Notes: generated by a model from the sequence alone, not told the origin. Shown: positions 1 to 10,079, numbered from the stretch's first letter. The stretch: DNA of 60,421 nt from an uncultured Chroococcidiopsis sp. (GCA_964248365.1 CAXTYC010000031.1:1-60421), one strand, 5' to 3'. Numbers and translations are program-made.

Positions 1-24
1 CTATCTCAGGCAACAATATCATTA

Positions 25-276
25 TCTGATTCTAGCCTTAACCGAGAGGTATTGGATCACGATTAACTCGCTACTAGTATCACCAAGCTTACGTAGATTT
101 CCTAATCTTTGACACCCATCGGTGTTGATCACTACTTTAATGCTCATTTGTTCGATTTTATTGGTTTAAATTTCCTAATCTTTGACACCCATCGGTGTTG
201 ATCACAATCCTTGCAAGTCTGGGTTTGAAAAACCCAACCTATTTCCTAATCTTTGACACCCATAGGTGTTGATCAC
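25..276 (+). CRISPR. Short CRISPR array, type I-B (Myxan/cyanobacterial)-like repeat; 3 canonical repeats + 1 divergent first repeat, 3 spacers
   Basis: ATTTCCTAATCTTTGACACCCATCGGTGTTGATCAC at 97-132 and 170-205; one-mismatch copy at 241-276. Spacers 133-169 (37 nt) and 206-240 (35 nt). A divergent unit ending GGATCAC at ~25-60 is followed by a 36-nt spacer (61-96). The hairpin ACACC-CATC-GGTGT and 3' end TTGATCAC resemble I-B repeats ending GGCGTTGAGCAC. Confidence 0.9.
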
Positions 277-423
277 ATTCCAATTCCAGCCAACTGGAGT
301 TTAGACTAACCCATGACAAAATGACTCAGCAGCACGCTCGTAGACAAGCTACCCACCTAAAAATATAAAAACTAAAAGGTCAAGCTGTAATATCTTCCTT
401 ACATCCTTACATCTGTTTCCCAT

Positions 424-448
424 TCCCAGCCGCAAGCTGGGATTTTCT
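424..448 (+). terminator. Putative intrinsic terminator downstream of the CRISPR array
   Basis: TCCCAGC-CGCAA-GCTGGGA stem-loop followed by TTTTCT. Confidence 0.55.
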
Positions 449-803
449 ATTTATCAGTGGGCTTACGCACTGCAATTCTTGGGAATGGTGAGGAATAAAC
501 TTGTCAAAATTAGATAAATCTTTCCAAGTTCTTTACTTTTTCTATTTAGGGTAGCAACACACAATCAGAAATTATTGATTATTCTTAGTTCATTGGTGAA
601 TTGTTCGTTGGTAGTTACTATGTACATTAAATATTCAATGTTGAACAATGAATATTGTTACCTGTTTATTAGAAATAGATTGGTTTTATTGTCTATGTTA
701 TTGCATACGCGATCGCTTCTATACCTGTTGTTGTCTAGTGCTTTGTATCTATCAGGATCTAGCTTGCCTGCCTTATCTCAGGTTACTTTTTTTAACAGCC
801 CCA

Positions 804-1002
804 TAGACACCCTACCTGTTCTTGAACGGGTATCTCTAGGGCAAGGACGACCTGTGGTGACAGGTGAAAATGGAACTATACCGCTTGCATCTTGCTCAAC
901 GCTACCTGTTCACAGGCTTGGTTTGTTCTCACTATATCGAATCTTTGACCACCGACTAAAGGATTTGAGAGCTTTATCGTTTGGCTTGCTCAAGGGTGTC
1001 TA
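804..1002. mobile_element. Putative 199-bp MITE-like/structured element
   Basis: Perfect 10-bp terminal inverted repeat TAGACACCCT (804-813) / AGGGTGTCTA (993-1002) enclosing several hairpins. Confidence 0.45.
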
Positions 1003-1095
1003 AAATCCTACTTTAGGAACTTACTTGGCGCAGCAAATGTTTCCTTGCATGATGCCTTCAGAGGAAGCGATCGACTATTGTCACGAGAGGTTAAA

Positions 1096-1977
1096 TTGAA
1101 TAGTCCTTCTTCCCACAGCAAAAATATTTCTGAGACTGCCTACCTAGTAGCTATGTATCGGGCATTGGAGACAGAGCGCCCAGACGCTCTGTTTCAAGAT
1201 CCGTTTGCCCGTCTTTTGGCAGGAGCGCGAGGCGAGGCGCTCATGGAGATGTTAGGAGACAAAAATAATGCAACTAATGCAATTGCAATCCGCACCCGCG
1301 CGCTCGACGATTTGATCTTGCGGCTTGTAGAGTCGGAAGAGATTGATACAGTACTTAACTTGGGTGCTGGACTTGATACTCGACCTTATCGTCTACCCCT
1401 CCCGTCATCACTGCGTTGGATTGAAGTTGACCTTCCTGCGATCCTTTCATATAAAGAGCAAAAACTCAAGAGTGAGAAACCAGCTTGTTGGCTTGAGCTA
1501 GTCAAACTGGATCTGGGCGACATCAGTTTAAGAAACGCTCTATTTTCAAGAGTTAATACAGAAGCAAAACAGGTGCTAGTAGTCACCGAAGGACTGTTAG
1601 TGTATTTGTCCACCGAACAGGTAGCATCAGTTGCTACAGACTTATATAATATGCCAAACTTCCGTTGGTGGCTGTGCGAACTAATGTCGTCGTTCACATT
1701 GCAGCAGTCTCAGAAGTATCAGGTTCAGAAAATATTTGACCAATATTTTGCGGCTGGGAATGCAACCTTTCTATTTGCTCCAGAGGAAGGATCTGAATTT
1801 TTCCGCCATTACGGTTGGCAAGTTGCTCAGTTGCGATCTGTGTGGGAAGAGTCGCGCCGATTGAAGCGAGAGATAAGGTTTGCTTGGTTGTTGAAAGTAC
1901 TGATTCGTTGGTTTGCTAAAGAGCGTTGGGAGACTTTCAGCCAACGAGATTGTATTGTCTTGCTTGAACGAGTATGA
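1096..1977 (+). CDS. SAM-dependent methyltransferase (LCM/TcmP-like family)
   Basis: TAYLVAMYRALET..DPFA, NLGAGLDTRPYRL, WIEVD and EGLLVYL motifs; start taken at TTG 1096 after GAGAGG. Confidence 0.85.
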   Translation: MNSPSSHSKNISETAYLVAMYRALETERPDALFQDPFARLLAGARGEALMEMLGDKNNATNAIAIRTRALDDLILRLVESEEIDTVLNLGAGLDTRPYRLPLPSSLRWIEVDLPAILSYKEQKLKSEKPACWLELVKLDLGDISLRNALFSRVNTEAKQVLVVTEGLLVYLSTEQVASVATDLYNMPNFRWWLCELMSSFTLQQSQKYQVQKIFDQYFAAGNATFLFAPEEGSEFFRHYGWQVAQLRSVWEESRRLKREIRFAWLLKVLIRWFAKERWETFSQRDCIVLLERV

Positions 1978-2053
1978 CGTGGAAGCGCAGAAGTTAGAAA
2001 GGCTTTGAGGTTTTTTGGAGATGTCTAATGTTAGGTTGCTGTCTCTTATAACA

Positions 2054-2236
2054 TCAATCTTCAGCCCCCAAATCCATCAAAAGGTTGGTTAATAAATAAA
2101 TTCTCGGTGCAATGCGGTTCAAGTCGATATATTCATCCCGACTGTGTGCGCCACCGCCTACAGGTCTGAGCGCATCCAGTCTTGCTGTGCCAACAGAAGC
2201 GGTGTAGTTACCATCAGTTGCGCCTCCACAGTCCAA
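2054..2236 (-). pseudogene. C-terminal fragment of an M20 (carboxypeptidase G2-like) peptidase
   Basis: GGATDGNYTA..LDAL.PVGGGAHS.DEYIDL motif; N-terminal ~85% absent. Confidence 0.75.
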
Positions 2237-3138
2237 TTTGTTGATAAATCGCTTGAGCTTTTTTGACCTTTCATGATGGTTGTACGAGTGTCCATTGCCT
2301 TTGCGTCATTTGTAAGTACAAAGGACAAATGACTAATGACGCAAAGGCAAAGAGCGCGCAGTATTTCATGACTCAAATAGGATTGCTATATATTTCAACT
2401 TATCTACAACATTACCTCTAGTTTTCGTCAAAAAGTTTTAAGATTAACTGTTTGAAATTAACTATGAGACAAATTATTTTCCTGCCCAGGTCAGATAACT
2501 AAGATATTGAGCTATGAATTTGCCCCGTGATCGCACCGCTTTCAGATTGCAGTTGCGTTTTTCAAACATGACCAAAGGTAATTATACTATATTATTTATT
2601 GCCATGCAATCTCTTTGGCATTTTGTATTATTTTTAACCAAAAATCACTACTTTGGTATTAACAAATTTATACTTTTGGTAGAAGAACGTAAAATAATAA
2701 GCAACTATTCTTTGTAAAAGTAGCGTTTCCCGAATAGCAAATTGATTCAAGAGCTTCTAACGAATGAAAAATTATTACTTTGTAGGTGGTTTCCACAAGC
2801 TATGTGCTTCTGGTTCGCTATGTGAAGCGAGTTTTGGTTTGCCGCTTTTTTCATTACTGCCTTTACCTTTTGGCTAGAAGCTCTCAAACGAGTTTTTACA
2901 GTTATTTATAGTTGATTTTGATTTGCATTTACGTTGCCCCTTTCCAAGTCAGAAGTTGGAACGCAATTTCATTACTCACTGCCCATGTGCCAGTTGCCCC
3001 AATGCGGGAAACCCGAACAGCGGCAGTGCCTCGCCAATACCCTATCCGCGCACCAGGCAATAGCATCCCATCCTTGGATTGCTAGAGTCAAGCGCTGAGA
3101 AATTTAACTAATAAGCAACCAGTATTTGAGACAGATTT

Positions 3139-5664
3139 ATGTCCACAAAAAATTCTCAAACAACAAGTAATAGTATTAGCAACGGTATGTCACAGCAGGT
3201 GTATGAAGCAAATAGCTCAACCCTAGCTGACGTATCATCAAGTACATTGACAGCAAATTTAATTACATCTAATAAAAACGCCAAAGCTACACCAGCTACA
3301 GACACGCCCGATTTAGTTTGCCTGTCCCATTTGCGCTGGAATTTCGTCTTTCAAAGACCTCAACATCTCATGACTCGTTGCGCTGGGGCAAAGCGAGTAT
3401 TTGTGATTGAGGAACCGATTTTCGGCTCCTATGAGGCGGCGCAACTTGATGTAAATATGCACGAAAGTGGAGTGTGGGTTATAGTTCCACATCTACCCGC
3501 ACATTTGAGCGAGTCAGAGGCAAACGCTGCTCAACAGAAGCTGCTCGACAGTCTGTTTGCAGAACACCAGATTGACAATTACATTTGCTGGTATTACACG
3601 CCAATGGCAATGGCTTTTACACGCCACTGGAAGCCACAAGCAATTGTGTACGATTGCATGGATGAGTTGTCTGCCTTTAAGGGCGCACCTCCGGCATTAA
3701 GAGAATACGAAGCCGAGTTATTCCGTCGTGCAGACTTGGTGTTCACTGGGGGACAGAGCCTTTACGAAGCCAAGCGCGACCAGCACCCGAATGTCTATGC
3801 GTTTCCTAGTAGTGTAGATGTAGCGCACTTTGCACAGGCGAGAAACCTTACAGAGGAACCAGTTGACCAGGCAAATATTCCGCACCCACGTCTTGGGTTT
3901 TATGGAGTGATTGACGAGCGGATGGATATTGAACTGCTCGACGGTATTGCCCAGGCGCGCCCTGACTGGCATCTGGTGATAATTGGTCCAGTTGTGAAAA
4001 TCGATCCGGCAATTCTGCCTGTGCGTGAGAATATTCATTATCTCGGCAGTAAAGACTATAAAGAGCTACCTGCATATTTAATGGGGTGGGACTTGGCGAT
4101 GCTGCCGTTTGCGTGCAACGAAGCAACACGCTTTATTAGCCCCACTAAAACGCCAGAATATCTTGCCGCAGGTAAGCCTGTGGTGTCTACTTCGATTCGG
4201 GATGTGGTACGTCCCTATGGAGAGTTGAAGCTGGTGCGAATTGCAGACACGGTTGAAGAATTCGTCATCGCCGCTCAAAAGGCTCTGCAAGAAGACACCG
4301 CCGCATCGGGGTGGCTAAGTCGAGTAGATGCGTTTTTAGAGCGGGTTTCTTGGGATCAGACGTGGGGAGCGATGATGAAACTGATCGATTCTGCGATCGC
4401 TGCCCGAAATGATATTTCCACCTGCCAACAGAATCGACACAACACAACCAGCATAAATACAATATCACACCAAGTGACCGAAGGTGTGCTTGACCCGAAT
4501 CAAAACCAGCCATCCTCAAATCAAACTGTCGCAGGTATTCAAGCACCAAGCGTCGTTACCAGAGACTTTGTTTTCGATTACCTAATTGTGGGTGCGGGGT
4601 TCTCTGGGAGTGTCATCGCCGAACGGTTGGCAAGTCAATCTGGTAAGAAAGTGCTGGTAGTAGACAAGCGAAACCACATTGCTGGCAATGCCTACGACCA
4701 TTACGACGAAAGTGGCATCCTCGTTCACAAATATGGTCCCCACATTTTTCACACCAACTCGCGCGAAGTCTTTGAATACCTCTCGCAGTTTACAATGTGG
4801 CGTGCTTACGAACATCGCGTCCTTGCTAGCGTAGACGGGCAGCTTGTTCCCATTCCTATTAACCTCGACACGATTAACAAACTCTATGGAATGAACCTTA
4901 ATTCATTTCAAGTAGAGGAGTTCTATCAGTCGCTTGCTGAACCAAAAGAATATATCCGCACTTCAGAGGATGTAGTGGTGAGCAAAGTCGGTAGGCAACT
5001 GTATGAAAAATTCTTCCGTAACTACACGCGCAAACAATGGGGACTTGATCCATCCGAACTCGACAAATCAGTAATCGCTCGTATTCCTACCCGTACCAAC
5101 CGCGACGACCGATATTTCACCGATACTTACCAGGCGATGCCCCTGCACGGCTTTACCCGAATGTTCGAGAATATGTTAGATCACCCCAACATCAAGGTGA
5201 TGCTCAACACCGACTATCGGGAAATCGAAAAGGCGATACCTTGCCGCGAGATAGTTTACAGCGGACCTGTTGATGAGTTTTTTGATTATCGCTATGGCAA
5301 ACTACCGTATCGTTCGCTCGAATTCAAGCACGAAACGCATAATACTGCGGTATTTCAGCCAGCGCCAGTCGTCAACTATCCGAACGAACACCTTTATACC
5401 CGCGTTACAGAGTTTAAATACTTGACTGGACAGGAACACCTGAAAACTAGCATTGTTTACGAGTTTCCCCAGGCTGAGGGAGATCCCTATTATCCCGTGC
5501 CGCGTCCTGAGAATCAAGAAGTTTACAAGAAATACAAGGATCTAGCTGATGCTACAGCAGGAGTATATTTTGTAGGAAGGCTAGCAACCTACAAGTATTA
5601 CAACATGGATCAGTGTGTTGCTCAGGCTCTGTCAGTGTACAACAAAATTGCTGTTAGGGCTTGA
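3139..5664 (+). CDS. glf: Fusion: GT4-like glycosyltransferase + UDP-galactopyranose mutase
   Basis: N-terminal SHLRWNFVFQRPQHL, YDCMDELSAF, SPTKTPEYLAAG; C-terminal GAGFSG, HKYGPHIFHTN, GRLATYKYYNMDQ. Confidence 0.92.
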   Translation: MSTKNSQTTSNSISNGMSQQVYEANSSTLADVSSSTLTANLITSNKNAKATPATDTPDLVCLSHLRWNFVFQRPQHLMTRCAGAKRVFVIEEPIFGSYEAAQLDVNMHESGVWVIVPHLPAHLSESEANAAQQKLLDSLFAEHQIDNYICWYYTPMAMAFTRHWKPQAIVYDCMDELSAFKGAPPALREYEAELFRRADLVFTGGQSLYEAKRDQHPNVYAFPSSVDVAHFAQARNLTEEPVDQANIPHPRLGFYGVIDERMDIELLDGIAQARPDWHLVIIGPVVKIDPAILPVRENIHYLGSKDYKELPAYLMGWDLAMLPFACNEATRFISPTKTPEYLAAGKPVVSTSIRDVVRPYGELKLVRIADTVEEFVIAAQKALQEDTAASGWLSRVDAFLERVSWDQTWGAMMKLIDSAIAARNDISTCQQNRHNTTSINTISHQVTEGVLDPNQNQPSSNQTVAGIQAPSVVTRDFVFDYLIVGAGFSGSVIAERLASQSGKKVLVVDKRNHIAGNAYDHYDESGILVHKYGPHIFHTNSREVFEYLSQFTMWRAYEHRVLASVDGQLVPIPINLDTINKLYGMNLNSFQVEEFYQSLAEPKEYIRTSEDVVVSKVGRQLYEKFFRNYTRKQWGLDPSELDKSVIARIPTRTNRDDRYFTDTYQAMPLHGFTRMFENMLDHPNIKVMLNTDYREIEKAIPCREIVYSGPVDEFFDYRYGKLPYRSLEFKHETHNTAVFQPAPVVNYPNEHLYTRVTEFKYLTGQEHLKTSIVYEFPQAEGDPYYPVPRPENQEVYKKYKDLADATAGVYFVGRLATYKYYNMDQCVAQALSVYNKIAVRA

Positions 5665-5665
5665 T

Positions 5666-5690
5666 GTAAGGTGGGCAATGCCCACCCTAC
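5666..5690. repeat. REP-like palindrome GTAGGGTGGGCAATGCCCACCCTAC (also 8046-8064, 27811-27832, 37184-37208)
   Basis: Four copies, all just downstream of genes; the 37184 copy has a compensatory change. Confidence 0.85.
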
Positions 5691-5764
5691 AGTGGTTAAT
5701 TAAATGAACCGCAAAAGAAGGCGGCGGAAATAGACAAATAGAGTATAAGCTTGAGTTGTAAATT

Positions 5765-8029
5765 ATGGTTTCTGTCTTTGACTCAACACTCTTTACGAGT
5801 AACTCAAAACTTCCTTTGGAAGTGTGGGCGGGAATCGAGTGTACGGTTAATCGAGTGGGTGAGGAGTATTTCGACCAGTTGGAACGCAACGGTCATGCCA
5901 CGCGCTTGGATGACTTGGATTTGTTTGCCCAACTGGGGATACAAGCAATCCGTTACCCGATACTGTGGGAGCGTGTTGCGCCAAATGGGTTGGAAAATGC
6001 TGACTGGTCGTGGCCACAGGAGCGACTGGAGCGCTTGCGCGAACTTGGTATTCGTCCGATTGTAGGTTTAGTGCATCATGGTAGTGGACCGCGTGACACC
6101 AGCTTAGTAGATCCAGAATTTCCAGAGAAACTAGCTTTGTTTGCCCGTGCGGTTGCAGAGCGCTTTCCTTGGGTGACGCATTACACACCTATAAATGAGC
6201 CGCTGACAACGGCGCGATTCAGTGGAATGTATGGTCACTGGTATCCTCACGGTCGGGATGATTTAACTTTCGGTCGTGCTTTGTTGGGGCAGTGTCGAGG
6301 AACCGCAGGGGCGATGAAGGCGATTCGTGCAGTCAACCCCAACGCTCAACTCGTACAAACTGAAGATCTCGGTAAGATATTCAGTACGCCTAAGCTAGCG
6401 TATCAGGCAGAATTGGAAAATGAGCGCCGCTGGTTAAGCTTAGATCTGCTGTGCGGTTTTATATCTCCGACTCATCCACTGTGGGATTATGTGCGCGAGT
6501 GTGGTATCACCCAGGCTGAACTTGAGTGGTTTGTGGAAAATCCTTGTCTCCCAGATATTATCGGGATTAACCACTACGTGACGAGCGAACGCTTTTTGGA
6601 TGAGCGCAAAGAACGCTATCCGGCTTGGACGCATGGAGGCAACGGGCGGCACGAGTACGCAGATGTAGATGCGGTGCGAGTTTGTGCTGAGGGTGTGGCA
6701 GGACCGCGCATATTGCTTGAAGAGGTATGGAAACGCTACCGATTGCCTATTGCTGTCACCGAAGTTCATTTAAACTGCACCCGCGAGGAACAGCTACGTT
6801 GGCTTTATGAAGTTTGGAATGCGGCGCTCGAATTACGAGAGCAGGGTGTGGATATCCGCGCTATAACTGCTTGGTCGCTCCTTGGCAGCTACGATTGGCA
6901 TACCTTGGTGAATCGCTTTGTCGGCTACTACGAGCCTGGTGTGTTTGACGTGCGATCGCCACGTCCCAGATCGACAGCAATTGCTAAGATGCTGCGCGAA
7001 CTAGCAGCTGGGCTTAAGCCAGAGCATCCACTACTTGATACACCAGGGTGGTGGCATCGACAAGAGCGCTTGCTATATCCCGCAGTGAGAAGAGAGCAGG
7101 GGGAGCAAGGGGCGCAGGAGAGTTCCCAATCCAAAATCCAATCCCCCCTACCCCCCTTAACAAGGGGGAATCCAAAATCTAAAATCCAAAATCCCCTAGC
7201 GATTGTGGGAGCAAGAGGAACCTTGGGAAGGGCTTTTGCTCGGTTGTGCGAACTACGGGGTATTTCATATCACCTGCTGACACGCGAGGAGATGGATATT
7301 GCCGATCCTATCTCTGTGGATGCAGTTCTTGCCCAGTTGAAGCCTTGGGCGGTTGTCAACGCTGCGGGATACGTGCGAGTGGACGATGCAGAGCGCGAAC
7401 CTGATGTTTGCCTGCGAGAAAACACTGAGGGAGCAGCGATTTTAGCTGCTGCTTGCGCTAAGCATAACGTGCCGCTGCTGACTTTCTCGTCAGACCTTGT
7501 ATTCAATGGTGCTGTATCCGAACCTTATGTAGAAAGTGATGCCGTCGCTCCCCTGAATGTATATGGGCGCAGCAAAGCTTTGGCAGAGGAGCGGGTATTG
7601 AAGGCTTATCCCTCATCGCTGGTAATTCGCACCAGTGCATTTTTCAGTCCTTGGGATGATTACAACTTTGTAACAATTGCCCTGCGTCACCTAAGTGCGG
7701 GAAAGACTTTTGTCGCCGCCGAGGATGCGATCGTTTCGCCTACCTATGTGCCAGATCTTGTCCACACTAGCCTCGACTTGTTGATTGACGGTGAGTGCGG
7801 CTTATGGCATTTGGCTAACAAGAGCGCGATCGCTTGGGCTGATTTGGCACGGCTTGCAGCCGACAAAGCAGGCGTTAGTGTCAGCAGTTTAGTTGCCCTT
7901 CCCACACAAGAACTTGGTTTAGCCGCTACCCGCCCAACCTACAGCGTTCTTGGTAGCAAGAGGGGCGAGTTGCTACCCTCTCTTGATAATGCCATCTCGC
8001 GCTACTTCGATGAAGTAGAAAAACTTTAA
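5765..8029 (+). CDS. Fusion: GH1-like glycoside hydrolase + RmlD-like (dTDP-4-dehydrorhamnose reductase) SDR domain
   Basis: INEP and VTEV catalytic-glutamate motifs; GARGTLG, SSDLVF and YGRSK in the C-terminal domain. Confidence 0.88.
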   Translation: MVSVFDSTLFTSNSKLPLEVWAGIECTVNRVGEEYFDQLERNGHATRLDDLDLFAQLGIQAIRYPILWERVAPNGLENADWSWPQERLERLRELGIRPIVGLVHHGSGPRDTSLVDPEFPEKLALFARAVAERFPWVTHYTPINEPLTTARFSGMYGHWYPHGRDDLTFGRALLGQCRGTAGAMKAIRAVNPNAQLVQTEDLGKIFSTPKLAYQAELENERRWLSLDLLCGFISPTHPLWDYVRECGITQAELEWFVENPCLPDIIGINHYVTSERFLDERKERYPAWTHGGNGRHEYADVDAVRVCAEGVAGPRILLEEVWKRYRLPIAVTEVHLNCTREEQLRWLYEVWNAALELREQGVDIRAITAWSLLGSYDWHTLVNRFVGYYEPGVFDVRSPRPRSTAIAKMLRELAAGLKPEHPLLDTPGWWHRQERLLYPAVRREQGEQGAQESSQSKIQSPLPPLTRGNPKSKIQNPLAIVGARGTLGRAFARLCELRGISYHLLTREEMDIADPISVDAVLAQLKPWAVVNAAGYVRVDDAEREPDVCLRENTEGAAILAAACAKHNVPLLTFSSDLVFNGAVSEPYVESDAVAPLNVYGRSKALAEERVLKAYPSSLVIRTSAFFSPWDDYNFVTIALRHLSAGKTFVAAEDAIVSPTYVPDLVHTSLDLLIDGECGLWHLANKSAIAWADLARLAADKAGVSVSSLVALPTQELGLAATRPTYSVLGSKRGELLPSLDNAISRYFDEVEKL

Positions 8030-8168
8030 TCAAGGGTAATGCGTCAGGTGGGCAATGCCCACCTAGAATAGGATTGCTATAAATTCATTCTAGTAACAGT
8101 AAAATACCAGACATCAGGTGATAAAGTTTAAAAGTTTAAACCCTTAACATTCCAAGGTTTATAACAGC

Positions 8169-10001
8169 TTGAAATCCATAGATACATTTGGTTCTGTACC
8201 CAGTTCACGAGCTATTACGATTGATAACTCGGCTTTGGTGTCTAACCTGAGAGATTATCAAGTCAAAGTTGTTCTTAACCAAAACAACTTCAATGCCAGT
8301 TCGCATCCTGATGGAATTGATTTGTATTTTACTGATGCATCGGGCAACACCTTGCCACACTGGATAGAATCTTATGACTCATCAGGACACGCCGTAATTT
8401 GGGTTAAGGTAGCCAGTATTCCAGGGCGGGGAAAAACCACTATTTATCTTTTTTGTGGCGAACCTGGTAGTATACCTGCCTCTGGTGATGCTACATTTGA
8501 TTTATTTGACGACTTCGATACACTACCTAATGCTTGGGTAAAGTCAGGTGCTGTACTGACTCCTACACAAACGTGGGAAGGAAAGATGGTACGCGATCCG
8601 TCTGTGCTTTATCTGTCAGAGCAGTATCATATGTGGTACTGGAACGACAGTGCATCAATTGGGTATGCCACATCCCCAGATGGTATTAATTGGACAAAAT
8701 ACAGCGGTAATCCAGTTTTTACCAATGTTCTTAGACCTTCGGTAGTTTACAAAAATGGCATTTACTACCTGTTTTACGCCAAAGGCGACGAAACCGGAAT
8801 CGGTTTGGCAACATCAACAAATCCACACGGGGTATTCACCGACCAAGGTATAGTTTTGTCGCCCAGCCAGACTTGGGAAGATGGAATGATTAGAGGTCCC
8901 TCTGTATGGTACGACGACGAGGCAGGACTTTTTAAGCTGTGGTACAGTGCAGGTTCTATCTCTCCTGCTGATGTTGACTGGACTGAACCCGCCGCCATTG
9001 GGTATGCAACCTCACCGGATGGAATTACCTGGACTAAGTATGCTAACAACCCCATCATGCAGGGATTGAATGATGGCTCGTGGTTGTCTGAAGCAATTGA
9101 AACACTAAGAGTGTACAAACTGGACAATAATTATTATGGATTTTACCATGCTGCTGACTATTGGGGTACTAGCCGAATTGGATTAACCAATAGCACCGAT
9201 GGGATTAACTGGAATTTGCAGCCAAGCGATTTGATTTTAGACTTGGGCAAGTATGATGAGTTTGATGCGGACTTTTTGTATACAACTTCACCTGTGTATA
9301 ACAACGGCTGGAAGGTTTGGTACAATGGGCGCAACAGCGACAACACTAACCCTGAAGTCATTGGGCTAGCGACACTTAATAGTAATATTGCACAATTAAA
9401 TACGTCAAAATGGGCTAGATCGAGACGATGTGAAGTTTCCGTCGCCAATAGGGTTGCTAGGTTCACGATGTTTACTTCCACCTCATTGGCATCTGACGCA
9501 CGGGATTATTTTGTGTGGAGTGCAAGGCAATTTCAAGATGGGATCTTGGAGGCAAGAGTACAGATACCTAGTGGATCGAGCGATCGCTACAGTCAAGTGG
9601 GAATTGGTTTAAGATTTAACGGCACTTACCACGACATACTCAACAGCATAAATCCAGACTACTACGGAAACATGACTTTGTACCACTTGCTGATTGATGC
9701 TGGGACAATGACTGACAATCCAGTTACAACTGGTAAGTTTGTGGGTGGTAGAGAAACTGAATTTACACCCAACAACACAACTATCAACAGAGATATTTGG
9801 TACATCCTCAAGGTAGATATCTGTGGCTCAAACATCAAAACCTACATTGATGACGTGTTAATATACGCTAGTACTGACGAATCCATACCTCAACAGGGTT
9901 CTGTGTTTCTCCGCATTTTACAAACAGATGCACTTGTAGATTGGGTGCGATTTCGCAAACACGCAGACACAGAACCAACTGTCAAAATCAATTATCAATG
10001 A
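8169..10001 (+). CDS. DUF2341-domain protein with a five-bladed beta-propeller glycosidase-like domain and ConA-like C-terminus
   Basis: LPHWIE..WVKV (DUF2341); repeated IGYATSPDGI.WTKY..NP blades; C-terminal VDWVRFRK..EPTV. Confidence 0.7.
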   Translation: MKSIDTFGSVPSSRAITIDNSALVSNLRDYQVKVVLNQNNFNASSHPDGIDLYFTDASGNTLPHWIESYDSSGHAVIWVKVASIPGRGKTTIYLFCGEPGSIPASGDATFDLFDDFDTLPNAWVKSGAVLTPTQTWEGKMVRDPSVLYLSEQYHMWYWNDSASIGYATSPDGINWTKYSGNPVFTNVLRPSVVYKNGIYYLFYAKGDETGIGLATSTNPHGVFTDQGIVLSPSQTWEDGMIRGPSVWYDDEAGLFKLWYSAGSISPADVDWTEPAAIGYATSPDGITWTKYANNPIMQGLNDGSWLSEAIETLRVYKLDNNYYGFYHAADYWGTSRIGLTNSTDGINWNLQPSDLILDLGKYDEFDADFLYTTSPVYNNGWKVWYNGRNSDNTNPEVIGLATLNSNIAQLNTSKWARSRRCEVSVANRVARFTMFTSTSLASDARDYFVWSARQFQDGILEARVQIPSGSSDRYSQVGIGLRFNGTYHDILNSINPDYYGNMTLYHLLIDAGTMTDNPVTTGKFVGGRETEFTPNNTTINRDIWYILKVDICGSNIKTYIDDVLIYASTDESIPQQGSVFLRILQTDALVDWVRFRKHADTEPTVKINYQ

Positions 10002-10079
10002 ACAATTATCAATTATCAATAAATAATCAACAATGCCTAGAACTAGGGCTAAGGATAACATTGCCAGGTAATAATTGAT

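Noticed and set aside
71..80. First-spacer match CTACTAGTAT at about 16579 (self-targeting)
   Set aside because: Only about 10 nt; expected by chance in 60 kb.
620..700. TGTACATTAA.. as a Tn7/CAST transposon end
   Set aside because: No regularly spaced TnsB-type repeats and no tns genes or adjacent tRNA in the window.
575..1003. 142-aa ORF after the CRISPR array
   Set aside because: No recognisable motif; it runs through AT-rich spacer DNA and the inverted-repeat element, so probably spurious.
3718..5517. Antisense ORFs inside glf and similar nested ORFs throughout the track
   Set aside because: They overlap well-supported genes and show no motifs; treated as shadow ORFs.
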